A stretch of 64,000 nt of DNA, taken from the NCBI GenBank assembly GCA_938083505.1, contig CALKCF010000001.1, positions 32,001 to 96,000 on the forward strand, read 5' to 3'. Shown here one piece after another: positions 10,596 to 18,838 of this stretch. Each line of letters begins with the position of its first letter. Position 1 is the first letter of the stretch. The position numbers and the translations under genes were made by a program. Below the pieces are notes generated by a model. It saw only the letters and a program-made list of their open reading frames with translations. It had not been told where the DNA came from and did not search any database. Source of the DNA: an uncultured archaeon (lineage in GTDB: Archaea > Thermoproteota > Nitrososphaeria_A > Caldarchaeales > Wolframiiraptoraceae).

Positions 10596-11813
10596 ATGAA
10601 AGATATAATAGTCGTAAAGCTTGGCGGCTCTGTCCTCCAAGACTCTAAGGCTCTTGAAAAGGCAGCGTCTTGGGTAAAGGATCTGCTAAAGGAACATGGA
10701 CTGGTGGTGGTGGTCTCAGCACTAAAGGGTATGACCGATGAGCTTTTGAAGATGGCTAAGGAGGTTAACCCAGAGGTTCGACCCGAAGTACTCGACGAAA
10801 TTTTGGCGATGGGTGAAAGGACGAGTGCTAGACTTTTCACTGCTGCGTTGAATAGGTTCGGCGTTGATGCTGTTTTGGTAGACCCATCCAACGATTACTG
10901 GCCTGTAATAACGGACGACGTACATTTTGACGCAAACCCCATCTATCACGAAACAGAGAAAAGATGTAAGGAGAAATTATTGCCATTGATTGAGGCTGGC
11001 AAAGTCCCTGTTGTGTGCGGATACATTGGTGTTAGTACCTCGGGTAAGATAACTACGTTAGGTAGGGGTGGTAGTGATACGACGGCCATACTGCTCGGTA
11101 GTTGTCTAAAAGCTGCGGAAGTTGTCTTAATTAAAGATGTTGAGGGTATATATTCAGGAGATCCAGATAAGGTCAGTAATGCTGAGATACTTGAGGTACT
11201 TAACGTAGATGAGGCCAGGTTGTTGACAGAAGGAGGCGCAAAGGTCATTCATTCAAAGGCATTAAGATACCTATCAGAAGGTCTCAGGTTAAGAGTGTCC
11301 AGTATGGAAAGCTTAGGAAGATCAGGAACCGTCATAATTGGCACCCTTCCAAAACTTGATGTTGTCAAACACCCGGCTAAAGCAACCATGATAACGATAC
11401 TTTCGAGAAACTCTAATGGTGTTTCGCTCGTTAAACTTGTCGTGGAGTTTGTCCAAAAACACAACGGAGAAATCCTCAACATAACGACTGATGAGAAATC
11501 CATCATAGTTTATACGAATTTAGATACCAATTTTATGGATAAGTTACATAAGGAGGTTGTAGAATCCGGTATGGGCAAGGCCATAAGCTTTTTCGAAAGG
11601 TTGTCTGCTATAACAATAAGCGGCAGGATGCTTGAAATAAGTCCGGGTGTAATACATAAAGTTGTAGAGCCGCTCGCACGACACGGCATAAATATCTATG
11701 GTTTGGTGACCATAAGCTCATCTATCAGAATATTCGTGTCCGCAAAAGATGCAGATAAGGCGACATATCTTATAAAAGCAAACTTGGAGGTGGAGTTGAA
11801 TGAAACAAATTAA
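10596..11813 (+). CDS. lysC: Aspartate kinase with ACT domains
   Basis: VVKLGGS, VVVVSA, GERTSA, TTLGRGGSDTTA, KDVEGIYSGDP, GAKVIH. SD GGAGGT 7 nt before ATG 10596 (alternative ATG 10590). Confidence 0.95.
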   Translation: MKDIIVVKLGGSVLQDSKALEKAASWVKDLLKEHGLVVVVSALKGMTDELLKMAKEVNPEVRPEVLDEILAMGERTSARLFTAALNRFGVDAVLVDPSNDYWPVITDDVHFDANPIYHETEKRCKEKLLPLIEAGKVPVVCGYIGVSTSGKITTLGRGGSDTTAILLGSCLKAAEVVLIKDVEGIYSGDPDKVSNAEILEVLNVDEARLLTEGGAKVIHSKALRYLSEGLRLRVSSMESLGRSGTVIIGTLPKLDVVKHPAKATMITILSRNSNGVSLVKLVVEFVQKHNGEILNITTDEKSIIVYTNLDTNFMDKLHKEVVESGMGKAISFFERLSAITISGRMLEISPGVIHKVVEPLARHGINIYGLVTISSSIRIFVSAKDADKATYLIKANLEVELNETN

Positions 11814-12855
11814 AGTTGCGGTACTTGGAGCTACCGGAATGGTTGGTCAACGATATGTGAGCATGCTTTCGAGACATCCGTGGTTCAAGCTTTCATGTCT
11901 AACAGGGAAGGAGTCTGCCGGTAAGAAGTACGGCGAAGCAGTGAGGGGCAACCCGATCGACATCCCGTCTAGCGTAGCGGATATGGAAGTTTTACCTAAT
12001 GAGCCAAAGTACGTTGACGCAGATCTAGTATTCTCTCCACTACCAACCGAAGTTGCTCGCGAATCGGAGCCACTTTTTGCGCAAGAAGGTTTTCCCGTTG
12101 TGAGCGATGCTTCTGCTCATAGGATGGAGAAGGATGTCCCACTTATCGTACCTGAGATAAACCCGGAACATATAGAGTTAATAGACGTTCAGAAAAAGAA
12201 TAGAAAGTGGGATGGGTACATCGTAACCACACCAAACTGCACGACCATAGGTTTAATCATGCCCCTCAAACCACTACACGATGCTTACGTTCTCAAGAAA
12301 GTCGTGGTCACTACGATGCAAGCGGTCTCAGGTGCGGGCTTCCCAGGAGTACCATCGCTTTCCATACTTGGGAACGTTATACCATACATATCCGGTGAGG
12401 AAGATAAAGTGGAAAAAGAAACGCAGAAGATACTGGGGAAGTTCAAGAGTAACCATATAGAGCCCGCTCCTATAATCATTGAGGCCAGCTGCACCAGAGT
12501 TCCTACAATAGACGGACACCTAGAATCCGTGTATATTGAGACAGAGAAACCCGTGAACATAAACGATGCAAAAAAGGTGTTAGCAGAATTCAAAGGTCTT
12601 CCACAGGAGCAGGCTCTCCCTACAGCTCCTGATAAACCGATAATTGTCATGGAAGAGGAAGATAGGCCGCAACCAAGGCTTGACATATATGCTGGAAGTG
12701 TTCCGGGAATGAGTGCGGTCGTTGGGAGAGTAAGGTCTGCAAAAGACGAGAGAGCTCTGAAGTTCTTTGTTCTTAGCCATAATACGATAAGAGGTGCTGC
12801 CGGCATAGCAATACTGACAGCTGAGTTGCTACACGTATCCGGGAGGATAGAGTAA
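11800..12855 (+). CDS. asd: Aspartate-semialdehyde dehydrogenase (archaeal type)
   Basis: GATGMVGQR, PNCTT, QAVSGAG, SCTRVP, SHNTIRGAAG. Confidence 0.96.
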   Translation: MKQIKVAVLGATGMVGQRYVSMLSRHPWFKLSCLTGKESAGKKYGEAVRGNPIDIPSSVADMEVLPNEPKYVDADLVFSPLPTEVARESEPLFAQEGFPVVSDASAHRMEKDVPLIVPEINPEHIELIDVQKKNRKWDGYIVTTPNCTTIGLIMPLKPLHDAYVLKKVVVTTMQAVSGAGFPGVPSLSILGNVIPYISGEEDKVEKETQKILGKFKSNHIEPAPIIIEASCTRVPTIDGHLESVYIETEKPVNINDAKKVLAEFKGLPQEQALPTAPDKPIIVMEEEDRPQPRLDIYAGSVPGMSAVVGRVRSAKDERALKFFVLSHNTIRGAAGIAILTAELLHVSGRIE

Positions 12856-12857
12856 AC

Positions 12858-13655
12858 ATGGTTTTCGGAAAGCAGGTCAGGTTGAGTAGAATAACAGAAA
12901 AAGGAAAGATGCTTTGCATACCGATGGACCACGGTGTTACTATAGGGCCGGTCAAAGGCTTAGACAAGATATTTGATATAATAGAAAAGATTAGCTTTGG
13001 AGGAGCCACGGCCGTTTTGACACAAAAAGGTATACTGAGGATGATGCCCAAGCCCTTGAACGTTGGCACTATAATGCATGTCTCTGCAAGTACGTCATTA
13101 GGACCATCACCTAACTTCAAAGTGAGAGTTTCGAGTGTGGAAGAAGCCCTAAGGCTCGGAGCAGATGCTGTTTCCGTTCACGTTAATATAGGATGTAGTG
13201 ATGAGCCGAAGATGCTGAGAAAGCTTGGAATGCTTGCTGATGAGTGCGACGAATGGCAAGTACCGTTCATAGCGATGATGTATCCGAGGGGCGAGAACAT
13301 AAAGAATCCAAACGACCCTGAGATCGTAGCACATGTTGCAAGGATAGGTGCTGAGCTTGGAGCTGACATCGTAAAGACGCCCTACACAGGCACTCTGGAG
13401 ACATTTAGGAAGGTTGTGGATGGTTGCCCAGTTCCCATAGTCATAGCCGGTGGACCGAAAGCAGAGAGCGACCTAGAAGTTTTGAAGATGGTAAGGGAAG
13501 CTATGGACGCCGGCGCTATCGGCGCAGCAATAGGCAGGAACGTTTTTCAACATGATAATCCGTTTGCGATAACCAAAGCGCTCAGGGCCATAATAATTGA
13601 GGATTACACACTCAATGAGGCGCTGGAGGTGCTTAAGGACGCATCTACCAAGTAA
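12858..13655 (+). CDS. aroA': 2-amino-3,7-dideoxy-D-threo-hept-6-ulosonate (ADH) synthase, class I aldolase family
   Basis: PMDHG, MMYPRG, AELGADIVKT, AGG, GRNVFQ; directly upstream of DHQ synthase II. Confidence 0.88.
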   Translation: MVFGKQVRLSRITEKGKMLCIPMDHGVTIGPVKGLDKIFDIIEKISFGGATAVLTQKGILRMMPKPLNVGTIMHVSASTSLGPSPNFKVRVSSVEEALRLGADAVSVHVNIGCSDEPKMLRKLGMLADECDEWQVPFIAMMYPRGENIKNPNDPEIVAHVARIGAELGADIVKTPYTGTLETFRKVVDGCPVPIVIAGGPKAESDLEVLKMVREAMDAGAIGAAIGRNVFQHDNPFAITKALRAIIIEDYTLNEALEVLKDASTK

Positions 13656-14697
13656 AAAGGAGTTTTGCATAGATTTAAGAGACTGGAACGACGAAATCTT
13701 TAGAGAAGCTTTCTCGAGAGGGATTACTACATATTATTGTGATCCTACCAACATTCCACAAGAGCTTAGACAAAAGCTGACGATATACTCGGATTTGTCG
13801 ACCGGAGATGTCATTGTTATACCTCTCGGTAAAGAGGTACCGCAGGTGAGAAGGTTTGCGGTGTATGCTGTCGTGCTAAATTATAGCGATGTAGAGAAGT
13901 TAATCTCCGCGGTAAAGCTTGGCGCCGAGGCTTTGATAGTTGATGCTAAAGATTGGAAGATAATACCGTTAGAAAACATAATCGCATACCTGCAAAAAAC
14001 ATCCACGAAGCTTATGGCGAAGGTCGATAGCTTAGAGGAGATCGAAACTATGTACGGCATCTTGGAGAGAGGGGTTGATGTTGTCTTGTTTAAACCAAAG
14101 AGCAAAGAGGATGTTAGCAGAATATTTGAGGCGATCAGCTACATCGTAAGTGTTCAGCTAACTTCGGTGGAAGTTACAGAAGTCAAGGATGTAGGGATGG
14201 GGGATAGGGCATGTATCGATACGATATCTATTTTATCGATAGGGGAGGGCATGCTCGTTGGAAGTAAAGCAAGTTTTCTATTCCTCATTCACAGTGAATC
14301 GTTAGGTTCTTCGTTCACGGAACCAAGACCCTTCAGGGTAAATGCAGGTGCGATACATAGTTATGTTTTAACACCTACTGGTGGAACTAAGTACTTATCA
14401 GAGATAAAGGCAGGTGATAGAGTCCTGATAATTAACATGCAAGGCTCGGCAAGACCCGCCACAGTCGGCAGGGTTAAGATAGAGAGGAGGCCGATGAGAC
14501 TTATCAGGGCTGAGGCTAACGGTGAAGAGGGTACTGTTGTTTTGCAAAACGCTGAGACCATAAGGCTTATAGGACCAGACGGTAAGCCCGTCCCGGTAAC
14601 TGAAGTTAAACCTGGTGATAAAGTGTTAGCGTACATAAGCAGAGAGAAGGCTAGGCATTTCGGAGTGGCGATTGACGAATTCATAGTGGAGAAATAA
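13615..14697 (+). CDS. aroB': 3-dehydroquinate synthase II
   Basis: DWKIIPLENIIA, LERGVD, GDRACIDT, RPFRVNAGAIHSY, GRVKIERRP, LQNAETI, ARHFG. Start uncertain (13597, 13615 or possibly ACG 13639). Confidence 0.93.
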   Translation: MRRWRCLRTHLPSKKEFCIDLRDWNDEIFREAFSRGITTYYCDPTNIPQELRQKLTIYSDLSTGDVIVIPLGKEVPQVRRFAVYAVVLNYSDVEKLISAVKLGAEALIVDAKDWKIIPLENIIAYLQKTSTKLMAKVDSLEEIETMYGILERGVDVVLFKPKSKEDVSRIFEAISYIVSVQLTSVEVTEVKDVGMGDRACIDTISILSIGEGMLVGSKASFLFLIHSESLGSSFTEPRPFRVNAGAIHSYVLTPTGGTKYLSEIKAGDRVLIINMQGSARPATVGRVKIERRPMRLIRAEANGEEGTVVLQNAETIRLIGPDGKPVPVTEVKPGDKVLAYISREKARHFGVAIDEFIVEK

Positions 14698-14728
14698 TTC
14701 TCGATTATTCATTGAAACTGGTGAAACG

Positions 14729-15436
14729 ATGTTTACGAGAGCAAAACTGTTCAAATTATGTGTATCGACATTTGGAAGAGACATACACTCTTTGAGAGAT
14801 TCTGTAGTTAAGGCAATAAGCGTTGGCGCAGACCTCGTAGAGGTTAGGCTTGATTATTTAGATGAATTGAACGTTAATGTTGTAAGCTCAACGCTAAAGC
14901 CTTACATGAATAGACTCGTGTTAACGCTCAGAGCGCATTATGAGAATGGACTATTTGAAGGTGATGAAAAGGAAAGAGCAGAAATCCTCAAACAATTGGG
15001 TCGGGAAGGTCCAGCGTATGTCGATATAGAGCTTCGTTCTCCTATGTTTCAGGACTTATCAAAAGAGTTGATGAAGGCAGGTACCGCTTTAATAGTTTCA
15101 TGGCATGACTTTGAGAAGACACTAGATACCGACACACTCAGAAGAATAGCCAATATGGCCATGATTGGTGGAAGTATTGCGAAAGTTGTAACTATGGCGA
15201 GATCTTTCAGCGATAACCTTAAGGTCCTCTCGCTATACCATACAGGCGATAAACACAGACTTGTAGCCTTCTGTATGGGAACAGAAGGTGTCTTATCTCG
15301 GTTTCTCTCGGTAATGTTGGGAGCACCCTTCATGTATGTCTCATTGCCTGGGGAGCCAACAGCACCCGGCCAACCCAGCATCACCGAAGCAAAGGAGATC
15401 TTCCGCATGCTTTCGTTAAGCTGTTGTGGAGAGTGA
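14729..15436 (+). CDS. aroD: 3-dehydroquinate dehydratase type I
   Basis: ADLVEVRLD, TLR, VDIE, SWHDF, IAKVV, FCMG, SR, TAPGQ. Confidence 0.93.
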   Translation: MFTRAKLFKLCVSTFGRDIHSLRDSVVKAISVGADLVEVRLDYLDELNVNVVSSTLKPYMNRLVLTLRAHYENGLFEGDEKERAEILKQLGREGPAYVDIELRSPMFQDLSKELMKAGTALIVSWHDFEKTLDTDTLRRIANMAMIGGSIAKVVTMARSFSDNLKVLSLYHTGDKHRLVAFCMGTEGVLSRFLSVMLGAPFMYVSLPGEPTAPGQPSITEAKEIFRMLSLSCCGE

Positions 15437-16315
15437 TTGGGCATATCACCACAAACACGCTTCGGTAACAAAAGACTCATAGGCCTCATTGGACAACCGG
15501 TTAAGCATTCGATATCACCGGATATTCACAATGCTGCTTTTAACTATATGAACCTCGATTACTTTTACATCGCCTTTGATGTGAAGGAAAGGGCCTTAGG
15601 ACTTGCTGTTAAGGGTCTTAAGGCCCTAGGAGCTTTAGGTTTTAATGTAACGATACCATATAAGCAGAAGGTCGTGAAGTTCCTGGATAAACTTGTAGAC
15701 GATGCTAAAGTCCTAAAGACCGTAAATACTGTGGTGATCGAAAAAGATAGAATGATTGGGTACAATACAGATGTTTTAGGTATAATGAATACCCTGGTGC
15801 CTTACAAAGACGTAATAAGTGGTTGTGAAGCATTGATTCTTGGTGCAGGTGGAGGCGCTTCTGCCGCCGCCTTAGCCTTGGCCAGATTTGGTTGTAATCA
15901 CATAACGTTTGCTAACCGAACACTTTCAAGGGCCCGTAGGCTTGCGAACTTCCTACGTCAGAAGATTAAAATTTCTGCAGAGGGCATAGGTCTTTCGGCC
16001 AGCAACTTATCTGCAATTGCCAAAACTTGTGGTATTGTAATCAACGCGACACCCATCGGTATGTGGCCGAATAACAATAATTCATTGCTTAAAAAGGAAC
16101 AGATACGAAGTGGCTCTATAATAATGGATATGGTATACAATCCTTCTGAAACAGCACTCCTTAGAGAAGCAAAGCTTGCAGGTGCTATATGCGTCTCCGG
16201 ACTTGACATGTTGGTATTTCAGGCTGCAGAGTCCTTTAAATTATGGACATCCTTAGAGCCGCCGATAGAGGTTATGAAGGAGGTTGCCTTAGAGGCAATA
16301 GGTCGTTTTGTATGA
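15437..16315 (+). CDS. aroE: Shikimate dehydrogenase
   Basis: HSISPDIHN, NVTIPYK, VNT, GYNTD, GAGG, INATPIGM, DMVYNP, GLDMLVFQA. Confidence 0.95.
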   Translation: MGISPQTRFGNKRLIGLIGQPVKHSISPDIHNAAFNYMNLDYFYIAFDVKERALGLAVKGLKALGALGFNVTIPYKQKVVKFLDKLVDDAKVLKTVNTVVIEKDRMIGYNTDVLGIMNTLVPYKDVISGCEALILGAGGGASAAALALARFGCNHITFANRTLSRARRLANFLRQKIKISAEGIGLSASNLSAIAKTCGIVINATPIGMWPNNNNSLLKKEQIRSGSIIMDMVYNPSETALLREAKLAGAICVSGLDMLVFQAAESFKLWTSLEPPIEVMKEVALEAIGRFV

Positions 16316-17190
16316 AGGCGAGCGCTAGGGCGCACGGCGCTATAACGATCGTTAACGCCATATCGATTGGTAAAGGGGCGGCCATGGGTATCGATCTTTA
16401 TACAGAGGTCACTGTGGAGATAGGTGGTAAAGACATAGATGTGATGATAAAGGAAAACCCGGATGAGGATACAACACTAGCGAAGGTGGCGGTAAGCAAA
16501 GTCTTGAAGTTGGCACATATGAACTGCGGAGCTTATGTCGAAATCAGCTCAAACATACCAATCGGCAAGGGATTGAAGAGTTCCAGCGCAGCCGCCAATG
16601 CTATAGTTCTGGCTACGGCAAGGGCTGCGGATTTGAACTTGAATGATATTGAGATGTTAAATATAGCCGTTGACGCGGCAATAGAAGCTGGCGTTACCAT
16701 AACCGGTGCATATGACGATGCGTGTGCTAGCTATTATGGCGGCATAGTCATCACAGATAATTTGAAGAGGCAGATTGTGAGAAAGGATAAAGCTCCAGAA
16801 GACCTTTTTGTTATTTTGCTCGTCCCAGAATCAAAGAGTTATACTAAATTTTTTGATAAGAACGTACTTAAATCTATTGCATCATTTATTGAGGATGTAT
16901 ATAGCATGACTCTGAACGGGGAATATTGGAAAGCCCTGACACTTAACGGCATACTTCATTCGGTGGTGTTAAATTACGACGCGAAAAAAGCTATAAACGC
17001 TATGAAAGCAGGAGCTTTAGCTGCCGGTCTATCTGGAACCGGGCCCGCCATTGCCGCTGTATGTAGAAAAGATGCTTTGGACAACGTTGTCAATACATTA
17101 AGCGAAAAGAGATGTAAGCTCATAATAGCTAAACCGAATAACAAAAAAGCTTACTCATGGAGAGGTGGTCGTGTTGCAGGTTTCGATTAA
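16312..17190 (+). CDS. aroK: Archaeal shikimate kinase (GHMP family)
   Basis: GAITIVNAI, IPIGKGLKSSSAA, TITGAYDDA, GLSGTGP; ATG 16312 overlaps the aroE stop. Confidence 0.93.
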   Translation: MKASARAHGAITIVNAISIGKGAAMGIDLYTEVTVEIGGKDIDVMIKENPDEDTTLAKVAVSKVLKLAHMNCGAYVEISSNIPIGKGLKSSSAAANAIVLATARAADLNLNDIEMLNIAVDAAIEAGVTITGAYDDACASYYGGIVITDNLKRQIVRKDKAPEDLFVILLVPESKSYTKFFDKNVLKSIASFIEDVYSMTLNGEYWKALTLNGILHSVVLNYDAKKAINAMKAGALAAGLSGTGPAIAAVCRKDALDNVVNTLSEKRCKLIIAKPNNKKAYSWRGGRVAGFD

Positions 17191-18463
17191 ACCCTCAGTG
17201 ATATATGGTAGGGTACAAGCACCTCCCAGCAAAAGCTACAGCCATAGGGCTATAATAGCTGCCTCTATGTCAGATGGCGAATGTGTTGTAGAAAACGTTT
17301 CAAAATCCGATGATGTTCTTGCCACAATTAGTGCGTGTAAAAAATTTGGCACCTCAATAGTCGAAGAAGGTGATAAGCTCATCATCGACGGCCTCTCAAC
17401 ACCTAAGACACCAGAGGATGTTGTGAACGTTCAGAACTCGGGAACGACATTGAGGATAATGACTGGTATAAGTTGCTTAGTTCAAGACGGGTACGTAATA
17501 CTCACGGGCGATGAGAGTATAAGAAGAAGGCCAATGCAGCCACTCCTTGACGCCCTTAACATGCTTGGAGGGGAGTGCTGGTCTACAAGGCTTAATGGTT
17601 GCGCTCCCATTGTCGTTAAAGGTGGTGGATTAAAGGGTGGGAATGCCTGGATGAATGGTAAAGTATCTTCCCAGTTCGTATCATCCATACTGTTCTCATC
17701 ACCGAAGGCTACAAGCGATACGACGCTCACGATACAAGGAGATCTCGTATCAAAACCTTACGTTGACGCCACCATACATGTACTAGAACAGTTCAACATT
17801 CATATAGAAAGGGAAGGATACAAAGTATTTCGCATTGCTTCACAGCAGAATTTTAAGCCCACGCATTTTGTAGTGCCCGGAGATTTTGGGCTTGCCTCCT
17901 TCATGATGGCTGCAGCGCTTATTACAGATGGTTCAGTAAATGTTGAAGGGCTTAATCAAGAGTTACCGCAAGCCGATGCTGCCATAGTTGATATACTTAT
18001 CAAGATGGGGGCCAGCGTTAAGTTGGATTACAGTTCTAGGCGTGTAACAGTTAGTGGAGGTGGAAGGCTTAAGGGCGGTAGCTTTAACTTATCCGATTCT
18101 CCAGACCTTTTGCCAGTCTTAGCAGTCCTAGCTACCAAATGTGAAGGGACTGTTGAAATAACAGGTGTGGAACATGCAAGGTTTAAGGAAAGCGATAGGG
18201 TTAGTGCCCTTGCACATGCTCTTTCTATGATAGGAATGAATGTAAAAGAGATGCCGGAGGGATTAAGCATAACGCAAGGTAAATTGGTTAAGCATGCAGT
18301 ACTCGACTCAAAAGGTGACCATAGACTCTTCATGGCCTATTGTCTTTTAGGGCTCATCCTAGAAGAGGGGTGCACTATAGCGGGAGCAGAGTGCATGAAC
18401 GTATCTTATCCGAATTTTCTTAGAGACCTTGCTAGTTTAGGTGCAAAAATTGAGCTCATATAA
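17165..18463 (+). CDS. aroA: EPSP synthase (3-phosphoshikimate 1-carboxyvinyltransferase)
   Basis: PPSKSYSHR, NSGTTLR, RRPM, SSQFVS, SKPYV, KESDR, DHR, SYPNF. Confidence 0.96.
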   Translation: MVVLQVSIKPSVIYGRVQAPPSKSYSHRAIIAASMSDGECVVENVSKSDDVLATISACKKFGTSIVEEGDKLIIDGLSTPKTPEDVVNVQNSGTTLRIMTGISCLVQDGYVILTGDESIRRRPMQPLLDALNMLGGECWSTRLNGCAPIVVKGGGLKGGNAWMNGKVSSQFVSSILFSSPKATSDTTLTIQGDLVSKPYVDATIHVLEQFNIHIEREGYKVFRIASQQNFKPTHFVVPGDFGLASFMMAAALITDGSVNVEGLNQELPQADAAIVDILIKMGASVKLDYSSRRVTVSGGGRLKGGSFNLSDSPDLLPVLAVLATKCEGTVEITGVEHARFKESDRVSALAHALSMIGMNVKEMPEGLSITQGKLVKHAVLDSKGDHRLFMAYCLLGLILEEGCTIAGAECMNVSYPNFLRDLASLGAKIELI

Positions 18464-18486
18464 CTATACTAAGTTTAAATTTAAAT

Positions 18487-18505
18487 AATAGTTAGGCTAA
18501 CCTAA
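18487..18505 (+). promoter_or_regulatory. DtxR/IdeR-type metal-repressor box upstream of feoAB
   Basis: AATAGTTAGGCTAACCTAA matches 15 of 19 positions of TTAGGTTAGGCTAACCTAA, directly downstream of TATA-like TTTAAATA. Confidence 0.75.
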
Positions 18506-18529
18506 TTCTGACAAACTCTATGGAAGGTA

Positions 18530-18838
18530 ATGATGCCCGAACGTTGTGGATGTCATAGGCAGAGGCATATGTATAGACACGGTCAACGACTCGGAGATTT
18601 AGTCTCTTTGCTAGAGCTTAAAAACGGTCAGGAAGGCGTAGTGGTTATTCTAGAAGGAGATGAAAAAGTCATTCATAGACTTTCAGAGTTAGGCATAGTA
18701 CCCAACACTATCATAAAGGTTATAAACTCGATACCTTTTGGTGGACCTGTTGAAATCCTTGTAAGAGGGAGCAAACTCATTATCGGAAGGGATATTGCCA
18801 AAGGAGTATTGGTACGTGTAGAAGAGTGCGAAAAATGA
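18530..18838 (+). CDS. feoA: Ferrous iron transport protein A
   Basis: RLSELGIVPN, PFGGPV, RGSKLIIGR; His/Cys-rich N-terminus. Confidence 0.92.
   Translation: MMPERCGCHRQRHMYRHGQRLGDLVSLLELKNGQEGVVVILEGDEKVIHRLSELGIVPNTIIKVINSIPFGGPVEILVRGSKLIIGRDIAKGVLVRVEECEK

Noticed and set aside
10410-10640. 76-aa minus-strand ORF across the leader
   Set aside because: No recognisable motif; antisense to the lysC start and the structured leader
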